A program made the position numbers and the translations under genes. Shown piece after piece: positions 8,710 to 18,500 of a DNA stretch of 64,000 nucleotides. The first letter of the stretch is position 1; the number at the start of each line of letters is the position of its first letter. This DNA is from an uncultured virus (IMG/VR IMGVR_UViG_3300040758_000220) (Duplodnaviria > Heunggongvirae > Uroviricota > Caudoviricetes). Location of the stretch: the IMG/VR virus record IMGVR_UViG_3300040758_000220; one strand, written 5' to 3'. The notes beneath the pieces were generated by a model. It made no database searches. It had not been told where the DNA came from and saw nothing but the letters and a program-made list of their open reading frames with translations.

Positions 8710-10884
8710 TCACGGCGTTGCCCATTTCTGCTGTGCCATCAGGTAGTGCGCCAGCAACGCCGATGGCGGCTCCTTGTCCGTGTAGATCGCGGCCATCGCG
8801 ACGCATCCGGTAGCTGGATGCGCGATGCTGCCCATGCCCATGACGTACGTCCCAGAGCTATTGCCCAGTCTGTTCGTTCCGGAGAACGCCGTCGTGACAG
8901 GTGGTTGATTGTTTAGGCCGAGAACAAGGTTTTGGTTGGTCGAGGCATCACCTTGCCAATAGACAAAATTGGCTTGGTTCGCTGCCATTACCGCCGAAGT
9001 CAGGTACGTCGTCGAGCCGACAAAGTCGCCCAGAATCACATAGCGAGAGGCGTTCGAGTCGAATTCCCACCCGTAGTATTGTCCGAAGAAGTTGCCGAGC
9101 GCCGTAGGAGTCGTTGGCGGCATGACCACCAGCTCCATCGTGGCGTTTTGGTATAGCGCGACGGCGGAGCTTTGCGCCACCGTCGCCCCCATCAACTGAT
9201 CTGTGTAGAGCGCCGTTGTGCCAAGAGCAAAAATCCCGCTTGCTGAATTTTGCGCGACTGGCTCGCTCGTTTGATAGGTGCCGGTGCTGCCGGCCTCGCC
9301 ACTCAGTTGGGAATAGATGACCTGTGGCGCGTACTCGTTGGGTACCTTGGTGATACCTGGCACTGGGATACTACCGCTGGCTATGGCCGTTACGGTCAAC
9401 ACCCCCGTCGCCGCGAAGGAGCCGGTATATTGGGTAAGAGCCGTCGCGGTGAACTGGACGCACGGCTTGCTGTTCACGCCGGTAATGTTGAGCGTCGGTG
9501 GCACGCCTGGATTGCTGGATCGCATGCTCCAGTTGTGGCCGCTCTGATCGAACAGAACCGTGACGTTGCAGGTGGTGCCGAGGCAGTCAGCAGTCAGTGC
9601 GGTGACATCGGCCTCACAGCCCGAGGGCCAGATGTCAAAGCCGGCGCTGGTGTCCTGCCGCACGATGCGGAAAAGCGGGCCGCTGTAGTCGGCGTTCACG
9701 AGGCTCGTTGACCAAAGCGCCAGCAACGCCTTCTGGTTAAGCGCCGGAACCCCTGCATAGTTTGCCGGGGTAGCATGGCTCAGGGTTCCAAGCGGTGAGG
9801 CTGGCAACGGCGGCCCGTTGTTGACGCCGCAGCCAGATGGCCTGCGGGGAAAATGACTCTGTGCCAGTGAGTTAAGGACCGCGGAGTCTTCAGCAGTCGA
9901 TGGGAAATAGCTCGTCTGCAAAACAGTCTGTATCCTGCCTCCATAATCGTTCGTGTCGCCTGTGTACCCGACGCCTATCGAGACAGGATACGGATAGCCA
10001 GTATTGACAGTGTTGCCCCCGATCGGGCCATTCCAAGTCGTGTAGGTATCACAGGGCTGAGTGAGCGTCGGTACGCAGGCCGATGTAAGCAGGGACGCGT
10101 TGAAGCTCACCGCCGGCTGGTTGTATTTCCAAACTCCTGCGATCTGCGCAAAGCCGGCCGGAAACGTCCCGATACCGGAGTAAGACGCTCCGCTTATCTG
10201 ATTGTCTACATCTCCGCCGAAAAGTATCGACTGCTGGTTGTTGGGATAAGGCTGCTCCAGTTCGATATACCAGTTGCCGCCCAACGGTATGTTTGGGATG
10301 ATCGCGCCGTAGCGAAACTCCCCCACGCTCGCAGACGCTGCGCCGCTATCGCTGACCATATAGGTTGCGCGCGACCCTGTAGTCGGCAGCCCGACCGGCG
10401 CTAGGTTGTAGAGATACTGGCCAGCATAAGGGGCCGTGCCGGCAGAACCATCTTCATTGTTCCGTGTGATGATGATCTCGGGGAGACCGTTGGCTTTCCA
10501 ACCGATCAACGGCCGATGGCCGGAGAATGGCGCCGTGCCGGCGTTGCTGGTCAGTGGGTTAAGCCCGAATTGGTCATACAGCGTCTGCACCCGGCAGTCG
10601 TAGCCGTCGCAGAACGCATGCAGGGCGTTGAGGTCCACCATCCCAGTCTGAGCGATGCTGCCGATCAACGCGGTCGCTCCTGCCGACGGCCCGCTGGTAA
10701 GTACGGCCTGAAATAGTGGACCGCTGTAGCTGCGCGTCACCCGCTCGACGACGGACCATGCGGAGAGGCAGCCCTGCGAGAGAAGATCGCAAGGTTCCGT
10801 GGGGATTGGAATCGGCGGCGGCGTCCGCGGCTGCGCCAGCGCGAGGCTTGGGAGCAGAAGCGCGAGGGCGATGAGGGCGCGCAT
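8710..10884 (-). CDS. Secreted protein with two arabinofuranosidase-B-like/ConA lectin modules
   Basis: Repeated W S...YSGPLF...C...C.V..L(Y/F)DQ motif; signal MRALIALALLLPSLALA. Confidence 0.6.
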   Translation of the reverse strand: MRALIALALLLPSLALAQPRTPPPIPIPTEPCDLLSQGCLSAWSVVERVTRSYSGPLFQAVLTSGPSAGATALIGSIAQTGMVDLNALHAFCDGYDCRVQTLYDQFGLNPLTSNAGTAPFSGHRPLIGWKANGLPEIIITRNNEDGSAGTAPYAGQYLYNLAPVGLPTTGSRATYMVSDSGAASASVGEFRYGAIIPNIPLGGNWYIELEQPYPNNQQSILFGGDVDNQISGASYSGIGTFPAGFAQIAGVWKYNQPAVSFNASLLTSACVPTLTQPCDTYTTWNGPIGGNTVNTGYPYPVSIGVGYTGDTNDYGGRIQTVLQTSYFPSTAEDSAVLNSLAQSHFPRRPSGCGVNNGPPLPASPLGTLSHATPANYAGVPALNQKALLALWSTSLVNADYSGPLFRIVRQDTSAGFDIWPSGCEADVTALTADCLGTTCNVTVLFDQSGHNWSMRSSNPGVPPTLNITGVNSKPCVQFTATALTQYTGSFAATGVLTVTAIASGSIPVPGITKVPNEYAPQVIYSQLSGEAGSTGTYQTSEPVAQNSASGIFALGTTALYTDQLMGATVAQSSAVALYQNATMELVVMPPTTPTALGNFFGQYYGWEFDSNASRYVILGDFVGSTTYLTSAVMAANQANFVYWQGDASTNQNLVLGLNNQPPVTTAFSGTNRLGNSSGTYVMGMGSIAHPATGCVAMAAIYTDKEPPSALLAHYLMAQQKWATP

Positions 10885-11369
10885 CAAAATACGAACTCCA
10901 CAGCGGTCGCCGTCCCAGTGCATGAGACAGTCGACGGCGTGGCAGCGGCTACGTTGTTCCAGTTGAACTGATATCCTCCGCCGTTTGCCTTGATCGTGGT
11001 GCCATTGGTGCTCGCGACCGTATTCTCCGCGCATGTGCAAGTGCCTCCTTGGACGCAGATCGCAACGTCCGAGCCGCCATTGTCTGTCACGATCAAGTTA
11101 GTCCAAGTTGTCGGCACCGCCCCATAGGTCACCTTCATCGTGTTGATCGCAACAGAGGATGTGACCGACAAGGAGCCGGCGCCGGTCTGCTGGAAGGGGA
11201 CGGTGGGAACGCCGCTACCAGATGGTCCTGTCACCGGCAGCGGGGTCGTCGGCGAAACAGGCGTCGTTCCTTGCTGCGGCGTCGTGCCGTTCATGTAATA
11301 TGGCACGTTCTGTGCGGCGGCGGCATTCGCCAGCAGCACCCCCGCCAGCAACGCAATGACACGGATCAC
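10884..11369 (-). CDS. Secreted beta-rich protein
   Basis: Signal VIRVIALLAGVLLANAAAA-Q. Confidence 0.55.
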   Translation of the reverse strand: MIRVIALLAGVLLANAAAAQNVPYYMNGTTPQQGTTPVSPTTPLPVTGPSGSGVPTVPFQQTGAGSLSVTSSVAINTMKVTYGAVPTTWTNLIVTDNGGSDVAICVQGGTCTCAENTVASTNGTTIKANGGGYQFNWNNVAAATPSTVSCTGTATAVEFVF

Positions 11370-11425
11370 AGGACCGCGTAGCCTACCTGGCACTTGCAAA
11401 GCTGCCTGCTTTAGCTGACGGTCCA

Positions 11426-11737
11426 TTACTTCCGCCTCCGCACGATGTCGATCAGCAGGCAGAACACCGCAAACCCCGCCAGGCCGATCAGTTGCAGTTC
11501 GCTCGGGTCGGGCAGCACCCGCGCCACCAGCAGCCAGACCGCCACGACAAGCCCCGCCGTGAACCCGATGCTGCCGAGGCGGGCTATCTCCATCGCGGTG
11601 CGCTGCGACAACGCGCGCAGGCTCAGCAGCAGGATATTGGCGTTGGCGGCGGTGAACAGCGGCTGCTTGGGCGGCGTTTCCGGCGCGGGAGCGTCTTCCT
11701 CGCCGATCAGGGTGAACTGGCGCTTGGAACCGGACAT
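11426..11737 (-). CDS. Two-TM membrane protein
   Basis: Two hydrophobic helices and basic C-terminus; TAATG coupling. Confidence 0.6.
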   Translation of the reverse strand: MSGSKRQFTLIGEEDAPAPETPPKQPLFTAANANILLLSLRALSQRTAMEIARLGSIGFTAGLVVAVWLLVARVLPDPSELQLIGLAGFAVFCLLIDIVRRRK

Positions 11738-11958
11738 TATGCGTGCCCTTCCTTCGACTTCAGGTTGTTGACCAGCTTGTCGAACGTCACGACGCCAGGG
11801 TCCTCGACGGGCTTGCCCTTGGCGATCTTCTTGTCGGCGAGGTGGTAATTCGCGACCGCCTTGAAGGTGTCGATCATGAAGTCCGGCGTGGCGCCCGGCT
11901 GGAGCGCGGCGGTCAGGAGTTTTTCGGCGAGTTTGGGGAGGTCGGATTTGACGGTCAT
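11737..11958 (-). CDS. Hypothetical protein
   Basis: Coupled to both neighbours. Confidence 0.55.
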   Translation of the reverse strand: MTVKSDLPKLAEKLLTAALQPGATPDFMIDTFKAVANYHLADKKIAKGKPVEDPGVVTFDKLVNNLKSKEGHA

Positions 11959-14900
11959 TGGCCATATCTCTGCTGGTATTGATCCTGCCACCGCGTTGGC
12001 GTCGGGGGCGCGGCAGCGGGGTTGTCGTTCGCCGGCCCCACGAACGCCGAGCCGAGCGCGGCGCCCGCGACGCCGCCGCGCTGCATGTAGCGGTGGATCA
12101 GTGCCTTCGCCAACGCCTGTTCCTCGGGCGGCCCGCGTAGGGCGCCAGATATGAAACGGAACACCGTTGGGTTGGTATAGGCGTTGATGACGTGTTTTAG
12201 CACGACGCTCATCGGGATACGCACCAGCGGGGTCGGCACACCACGCAGCGCGTGCATGCCGGGGATCGGCGTGGAAGCAGGATGCGTCACCGCCGTGCTG
12301 GCAATAATCGACTTCCCCGCGTCGGTTCCCTCGCTCGCTGCCAGGATGTCGCGGACATTCTGTGCGAACAGGATGACATCGTCGGTCGAGCCGCCGAAGA
12401 TCGCTTCCTGCTGCTGGCGTGTTAGTTTGCTCAGCCTGTCGGACAATCCCTTCAGACCGTACACATCCGGATGGGTCAGCACATCCTTGATGTAGGTTCG
12501 GGACAACAGCTTGAATTCCGGCGAGTCCACGCCGAACCGCTTGGATGCCGTTTCCAACAGTTGCGGATCGCGGACAATCCTCTGCGCGACGTTGGTCAGC
12601 ATGGCATTCGGGTTGGTCAGCATCTGGCCGAGCGGGTCGGTCGAGTATTCCTCGGTGACGCCTTTCAGCGCCGCCTTCCGTTGCGCCGAAATGTTCTTCA
12701 GTTCGTCTTCCATCGCCTTGATCGGGTTATCCTTCGACAACTTCTCGATCCGCTGTGCCGCGTCATAGGCGTTCTGCATCGCCTGGGAGAACGTGTCGCC
12801 GCGCTTCGTCGCCATCGGCAGCGGCGCCTTGCCGCCGTCCGTCATCTCGGACACGTACTGCGCCTGCTTGCGGAATTTTGCGACGACTTCGGGCGGATAG
12901 TCCGCCAGCACACCAAGCCGATCGCGCTTCTCGAACTCGCTGATGAACTTGGCCCCGTCTATCTCCCCCTCATAGATCGACTTGCTAGCGTCCAGCGCCG
13001 CCTGCATGTCGGCGCCGACTACCGCATCCCACACTGGCGCGCCCGCCAAGCCACGGAGATAAGCCCGCGTCTCCGGCTCCGCCCCAATGACGGTGCGCGC
13101 GGCAGTCCCCGCTCCCGGCGGCATATTGGCCTCTGTCCAGTCCACCAACTTTTGCGCGGTCGGATCATGGAACGGCGCCATGTCGGTGCGGTAGCCGCTG
13201 TCCAGCGTGTCGAGCATCTTCACGCCGGGTTCGGGGAGGTTCTCACGCAATGATTGGTCGATGACGCCACGGAAATACTTGATCTGGCCATTCTTGAAGG
13301 CTGGCGCGAGGGTCTGCCAGTTCGCCAGATCGCCAAGCATGGTGCGGATGTGGCGGAGTTGCCCTGTGGTAATGTCGGGAGCGACGCCCTCCTCTTCCTC
13401 GGCCTGATCCAGTTTCGTGATCGCGCGCACCAGCGCGGGATGATTGCGCTGCACGTCCTCGGGCAGATCGCGCAGAAAGTCCCGCGCAGCCTGGGCGGGT
13501 GCGGATACATCGGCGACACGGCTACCGAAAAGCTGATCCCACTTGCTGTAGAGGTCCTGATACCGCAACCCGACCGCTTGGCGCGCAGCCGTGATCTTGC
13601 CCGACAGCGTGCGAACGAGATCGCCTGGGTTCTGCGTTGAAAGACCCGACTGTAGTTGTGCGATGGCGCCGCGTAAGTCTTGAAACCCCTGTTCCACTAA
13701 CCCGCGCGTGATCGCTTGGTTTGCCTCCAGCGCTTTCTGCGCTTCAGCCAACGCGGACTGCCGGCCGACCTCGGCGCCCGTGCCGCCGCCGCGCGCAGCG
13801 GCCTCAGCAGCGTCGAATTTCGCCGCCACGTCGGCGTTGGACGCGTGCAGCATGTCGGCATAACGGGCATAGAGCGCCTGCCCGGCTGGCGCGTAATCCA
13901 CTTCGGCGGTGCGTTTCAAAGGTTCGCCAAGTTCCGCGCGCGGGATGCCGAGCGCCTCTGCCGTACTCGATATTTCACCTGACGCGTATTGCGCGAGGCT
14001 CGGCGTCACCGGGTCAATGTCGTAGCGTTTGCCGATGCTCGACAAAATCGGCAGGATGGGCGCGGCCGGATAGGCGACCTGCGGCGGCAGATGCACGCCT
14101 CTTTCGGCAAGCGGCCCGAACCGCGCCGCAGTTTCAGGCGTGACGCCGCCGACGTAGCGCGCAAATCTGGGCAAGCCAGTCGCTTCGGCCACATAGCGCG
14201 CGCCATACTTCGCCGCCGCGGCGGCCTGTCCGGCAACACGCCCCGCTACTCGACCCCCAGCCTCGAACAGCGCGCCCTCGGCCAGTTCGCCGGGGACTTT
14301 CTCAATCCCCATCCCCTCGTCGCCAAAGCCGGCCAGCGCCAGCAACGCACGATTGGCTTCCTTGCCGGCGGCGTAACCGAGCGCCGACCCTGCCATACCG
14401 CCCGCCGCCGTACCGACTGGCCCGGCGCCGAATGTGCCAGCGCCACCACCGACCGCAGCCCCGCTCGTAGCGCCCGCTACCGGCAGCGCCTGCGACACCA
14501 CATCGGCGGCGCCGCGCGTCAGAGCACCAGTGATGCCGCCGCCCGCACTCGATGGCCGTAGGCGTTGGCCGTTGACGGTGACGTAGAAGCCTTGCGAATC
14601 CTGCCGCACATTGTCGCCGTACATCGCTTGCAGGATTTTCTTCTGCTTCGCCGGGTCGCCCGCTGCCATGTCGAACAGGGTTTGTGTGCCGAGGCCGACG
14701 TTGTCGGATGTGGGCTTCGTCCGCTTCTGACCTTCGGGATCAAGATAGTCGGCGCCTTCCGGGATGGCGTCGTAGGTCTGCGGCTGCGCTGGATCGACGC
14801 GCCAGTACTTCGTCCGCTTCTGGCCTTCGGGGTCGAGATAATCCGTTCCGGGTTTCAGCGCCGCGTAGCCTGCGGCGTCGGCGATGCGTGGCAACTGCGC

Positions 14901-14972
14901 GGGCCGCGACCCGGCGGGAATGTCTGCCGACTGCGCTTCCTGGCTGGACAGGATGGTAGCGAGGTCGGACAT
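11955..14972 (-). CDS. Large internal virion/DNA ejection protein
   Basis: 1005 aa, helical, glycine-zipper segment; position typical of podovirus ejection proteins; duplicated DYLDPEGQKRTK motif. Confidence 0.7.
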   Translation of the reverse strand: MSDLATILSSQEAQSADIPAGSRPAQLPRIADAAGYAALKPGTDYLDPEGQKRTKYWRVDPAQPQTYDAIPEGADYLDPEGQKRTKPTSDNVGLGTQTLFDMAAGDPAKQKKILQAMYGDNVRQDSQGFYVTVNGQRLRPSSAGGGITGALTRGAADVVSQALPVAGATSGAAVGGGAGTFGAGPVGTAAGGMAGSALGYAAGKEANRALLALAGFGDEGMGIEKVPGELAEGALFEAGGRVAGRVAGQAAAAAKYGARYVAEATGLPRFARYVGGVTPETAARFGPLAERGVHLPPQVAYPAAPILPILSSIGKRYDIDPVTPSLAQYASGEISSTAEALGIPRAELGEPLKRTAEVDYAPAGQALYARYADMLHASNADVAAKFDAAEAAARGGGTGAEVGRQSALAEAQKALEANQAITRGLVEQGFQDLRGAIAQLQSGLSTQNPGDLVRTLSGKITAARQAVGLRYQDLYSKWDQLFGSRVADVSAPAQAARDFLRDLPEDVQRNHPALVRAITKLDQAEEEEGVAPDITTGQLRHIRTMLGDLANWQTLAPAFKNGQIKYFRGVIDQSLRENLPEPGVKMLDTLDSGYRTDMAPFHDPTAQKLVDWTEANMPPGAGTAARTVIGAEPETRAYLRGLAGAPVWDAVVGADMQAALDASKSIYEGEIDGAKFISEFEKRDRLGVLADYPPEVVAKFRKQAQYVSEMTDGGKAPLPMATKRGDTFSQAMQNAYDAAQRIEKLSKDNPIKAMEDELKNISAQRKAALKGVTEEYSTDPLGQMLTNPNAMLTNVAQRIVRDPQLLETASKRFGVDSPEFKLLSRTYIKDVLTHPDVYGLKGLSDRLSKLTRQQQEAIFGGSTDDVILFAQNVRDILAASEGTDAGKSIIASTAVTHPASTPIPGMHALRGVPTPLVRIPMSVVLKHVINAYTNPTVFRFISGALRGPPEEQALAKALIHRYMQRGGVAGAALGSAFVGPANDNPAAAPPTPTRWQDQYQQRYGQ

Positions 14973-16840
14973 CAGTGCAACACCAACGGATCAGTGGCCC
15001 AGGGCGCGGCGGGCGCTGGCGCGGCAGGCGTCGCGCCCGGCAACGGAGTTGTCAGTCCTGGCAAGTTCAAGGTCCGCCCGCTGCGACGGGCTTGGTTCTG
15101 CATGATCGACAAGTCTTGCTGGAAAATCGAGTTCAGGTTGTCCATCGCGGCTTGGACATTCGCGCGGCTGTCACCCCAACCTTCACCGCGGATAATTTTG
15201 TCCACCATCGCCTGATCGCCAGCAATCGCGCGGCTGGTCGGGTTGGCTTGCTTGAGCAACAGCGGCGCATTGTTGCGAAGAAACTCCAGCGCACTCTCGA
15301 AATCGGCGCGGTCGGTTGCGCTGTCGGCCCCGAGCATATTGCCCACTGCCTCGATCTTCTCCAGCGGTTGCCCAAGCCGCGTCGCTATGCCGACCGCTTT
15401 GGGCAGCAATTCCTTGATCTTCTGCACCTGATCAAGTGCGAGTTTGAACTGCTGCGCACGGTCCTCCAGCGTGTTGAGTTGGTTGGCATTCAGAACTTGC
15501 TTGCCCTGCACGGTGGCGACGTAACTGCCGAGTTCTTCCGGCGTTGGCGGGCGGCCGTTCTGCGCGATGAACGTCTTTTCGTAATCAGCGGCATGCTCGG
15601 CTGTAAAGGCGGTCATCGACGTGCCAGGGACTTTCTTGGAGACCGCGATGATATTGTTTGCCGCCGTATCAAGTTGTCCGGGCGTATATTCCGGGTGCTG
15701 TTTCGCAACGTCAGCCTTCACGTCGGCGATCTGCTGGCCCGCGACGCCGCCGCGCGACTCAGCGCCGACCTTTGACGCCCCGGCCAGATCAACCGGTAGA
15801 TGTGTGCCGACTTCGTAAGCGACGCCGTTGCCGCCGATCTGGACGATCTTGGTCTTCCCGTCCGGCCATCTGTATTCCGATGGTTGCCCGAGATGTTCCG
15901 CCTCCGTCTTCCGCAAATTCATCGCGAGAGTCGGATCAATCGCCATCATCTTGCGGAAGGCGTCGTCCGTCAGTTTTCCGTCCTTGTAGGACGCCGGGTC
16001 GGCAGAGATAGCCCGTGCTTGGCCTTCCCGCTGCTGCGCAAGGAACGCGACCGGATCGCTGACCTCGGACGCCAGCCTAATCGCCGCGTCCATGTCCTCC
16101 GGCTTGCCAGACGCGATGGCTGCCGTTATCGCCTTGGCCGCCGCCGCCCTGGGCAACTCCTCGATTATCCGCAACTGATGCTCCTGCATCGCCGCCGCCG
16201 CCGCCGCGCTGGCCTGCATGTGCTGCGACAGCTTCTCGTATTCGCCCTCTTCCAGCAGTTTCGTCGCGATCCGATCATCAGCCGAGGCCGCAACTGCTTT
16301 CGCCATCGCGACGCCGGTTGAGAGATCGGTCTGCATCTTCTCCAGCGCCGCCTGCATATCGGCTGCCTGGAGTTTGTGCTTCTCGATCGCGAGGTCGGTG
16401 TTCTCCTTCCACTGCTTGTAGCCTTCCTCGTATGCCTTCCAGTCGTTTGCCTTGGTGGCGTTGATCGCCGATGCCATGCCGTTCATGGCATTGATCGCTG
16501 GCGTATGCGTCAGCGCCGAGGCCAGCATCGCGAAGATGCCGGCGGCCGAGGCGAAGCCCTTGAGCGGATCGTTCTCCGGCGGCGGCGGCGGCCTCGTCAC
16601 TTCGACCGGCGTGTAATCGGCCTGCATCTTGTCCACGCGAGCCTGATCCTTGGCGACATCCTCCTTCATTTTCGCGTAAACCGGCGCCTGCGCGGCCTCT
16701 TTCTCGCGCTGCGCGGCCGCGATCGCGGCAACGTTCTGCTGTACCATCGCCGGCCCGTACACCGTCGCCCCCATCGCCACGGCGGGCGGGGGCATCTGTG
16801 CCCCGAGAGCGGTCGCGGCGGGGATGGCGCCAACCGACAT
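14972..16840 (-). CDS. Internal virion/DNA ejection protein
   Basis: Ala/Gln/Lys-rich helical protein, TGATG-coupled. Confidence 0.65.
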   Translation of the reverse strand: MSVGAIPAATALGAQMPPPAVAMGATVYGPAMVQQNVAAIAAAQREKEAAQAPVYAKMKEDVAKDQARVDKMQADYTPVEVTRPPPPPENDPLKGFASAAGIFAMLASALTHTPAINAMNGMASAINATKANDWKAYEEGYKQWKENTDLAIEKHKLQAADMQAALEKMQTDLSTGVAMAKAVAASADDRIATKLLEEGEYEKLSQHMQASAAAAAAMQEHQLRIIEELPRAAAAKAITAAIASGKPEDMDAAIRLASEVSDPVAFLAQQREGQARAISADPASYKDGKLTDDAFRKMMAIDPTLAMNLRKTEAEHLGQPSEYRWPDGKTKIVQIGGNGVAYEVGTHLPVDLAGASKVGAESRGGVAGQQIADVKADVAKQHPEYTPGQLDTAANNIIAVSKKVPGTSMTAFTAEHAADYEKTFIAQNGRPPTPEELGSYVATVQGKQVLNANQLNTLEDRAQQFKLALDQVQKIKELLPKAVGIATRLGQPLEKIEAVGNMLGADSATDRADFESALEFLRNNAPLLLKQANPTSRAIAGDQAMVDKIIRGEGWGDSRANVQAAMDNLNSIFQQDLSIMQNQARRSGRTLNLPGLTTPLPGATPAAPAPAAPWATDPLVLH

Positions 16841-17250
16841 CAGAATGCCCCAAGCGCCTGCGCAGCCGTCACCGCTGGATGCGACGCGCCCAGCAATCCG
16901 GACCAGATCGCGCTCCAATCTGGCAACGTGTCCGCAACCGGCGCGATTGGCGGGGTGGCAGTCGATGCTGGAGGCGTCACGGCCGGCAAGGCAGTTGCCG
17001 AGGTCGGCGTTGTCGATGTCCCCAGCGACGAAGCGGCCGGGGCGGCGCTGACCGGAGCCGCCGCCACTGGCGCGGGAGCGGCGGCCGGTGCGGCGCTCCC
17101 GCCGAGCCACGACGGCAACCCCGGCCAGCCGGATTGCTGGGCTGCCGTCGGATTGAGCGACGCAACTTCGTTCGCGAAGACTCCGGCGACGCTCGGGCCT
17201 TGATCGAGGCCGGGCCAGTTAAATCCGGAGGGGGTGGCTGAGGTTGCCAT
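16840..17250 (-). CDS. Ala/Pro-rich hypothetical protein
   Basis: Fills the gap between two ejection-type genes. Confidence 0.5.
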   Translation of the reverse strand: MATSATPSGFNWPGLDQGPSVAGVFANEVASLNPTAAQQSGWPGLPSWLGGSAAPAAAPAPVAAAPVSAAPAASSLGTSTTPTSATALPAVTPPASTATPPIAPVADTLPDWSAIWSGLLGASHPAVTAAQALGAF

Positions 17251-17251
17251 G

Positions 17252-18499
17252 CTACGCCGCTAGTTTGATTGTGGTGCCGCCGCCCGCCAGCGCGCCGGCC
17301 AGCGCCGAAATCGCCTGTCCGGTCTGCGTGTTGAGCGCAGTGTTGGCGGACACGAGGCTGTTGTAGAGTTCGCCCGATAGCTGCGTCTCGCTGATGCCCT
17401 GGGCGAGAAGCTGATCCGCCAGCGTGGCGCCTTGGATGACCGCCTGCTGCTGCAACACCGCGATGTCTTGCACTTCCTGCGAAGACCCCGGTGCGACACC
17501 CATGTTGGCATACTTCGCCTTGATCGCGGTGATCCCGTCCTGCGTGGCAGCGTTGATCGACGCCTGCACGGCGGGCGGAAGCGTGCCGGTTTCGAGGTAG
17601 CTTTGTAGAATTTGACCCTGGGCCGCAGAGGAAGAGGCGAGGTTTTGGATGTTCGACAGGCCGGGGATACTGTTGCCTTTCAGGAGGTCCATACCAAGAC
17701 CCGCTGCCGCGATGCCGGCGCCGACCAACTTGCCGGTCGGCGAGCCGATCGCGTTGCCGATGGTATCGAGAATGCCGGTGCTCGGCGTCGTCGCCACGCC
17801 GCCAGGCCCGAGGGGCGCGCCGCTGGGCGTCGGCCCGACCGCCACGGCATTGGGGTTCGCCACCACCGAACCGTCTGGCAGCGTCAATTGTGGGCCGGTG
17901 TATGTCCCGGGATCAGTCAGTACGCCACCGCCAGCAACAGGGGTCGGAGCAGCGTCCAGCGCGGAGGCGGCCGGAGCGGCAGACGCGCCACCCGTCTCCG
18001 CGCCGACCGCGCTCGCGGTGCTCGGCGTCGCAAACCCAGCGGTTGGACTGGCGGCCGTCAGATCGACCGGGGCGCCCGCCGCGACGCCAGCGGGGCCGGC
18101 AACCGATGCGGCCCCCGGACCGGCGGTGGAGAGCGTCGGCGCGGCACCCAGGGCGGAAGCAGCCTCGGTTGCGCCGGGGATCGCGGTGCTGACGCCGCTG
18201 GCAAGGGCAGGGGTTGTGCCGGCCGACAGCAGATCGGTTGCGCCGCCGATCACGGGACCGGCCGCACTCAAAGCGTCCGCGCCCAACCCGGCCGCAGCCG
18301 CGCCAGCAGCGGCATCGGCCGCGCCGAACCCAAGAGCCGTGGTGGCGTCGAATGCGCCGGCGGCAAGGGGGGCCTCGACCGCGCCAGCCAGTGCGGCATC
18401 CGCCACCCCAGCAGCAGCGGCATCCGCCACCCCAGCAGCAGCGGCGTCAGCCGCCACCTCGGCTCCGGCCGCCGTGGCCGCTCCTACCCCCAGCCCCAT
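17252..18499 (-). CDS. Ala/Gly-rich pilot/ejection protein
   Basis: Low-complexity N-terminus, helical Gln-rich C-terminus; follows the GNAT genes as in many podoviruses. Confidence 0.6.
   Translation of the reverse strand: MGLGVGAATAAGAEVAADAAAAGVADAAAAGVADAALAGAVEAPLAAGAFDATTALGFGAADAAAGAAAAGLGADALSAAGPVIGGATDLLSAGTTPALASGVSTAIPGATEAASALGAAPTLSTAGPGAASVAGPAGVAAGAPVDLTAASPTAGFATPSTASAVGAETGGASAAPAASALDAAPTPVAGGGVLTDPGTYTGPQLTLPDGSVVANPNAVAVGPTPSGAPLGPGGVATTPSTGILDTIGNAIGSPTGKLVGAGIAAAGLGMDLLKGNSIPGLSNIQNLASSSAAQGQILQSYLETGTLPPAVQASINAATQDGITAIKAKYANMGVAPGSSQEVQDIAVLQQQAVIQGATLADQLLAQGISETQLSGELYNSLVSANTALNTQTGQAISALAGALAGGGTTIKLAA
18393..18445. repeat. 24-bp tandem repeat (GCGGCATCCGCCACCCCAGCAGCA x2) inside a CDS
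   Basis: Seen directly; encodes AAAGVADA repeats. Confidence 0.85.
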
Positions 18500-18500
18500 C

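Noticed and set aside
18393..18445. Tandem repeat as a CRISPR array
   Set aside because: It has no spacers and is an in-frame coding repeat.
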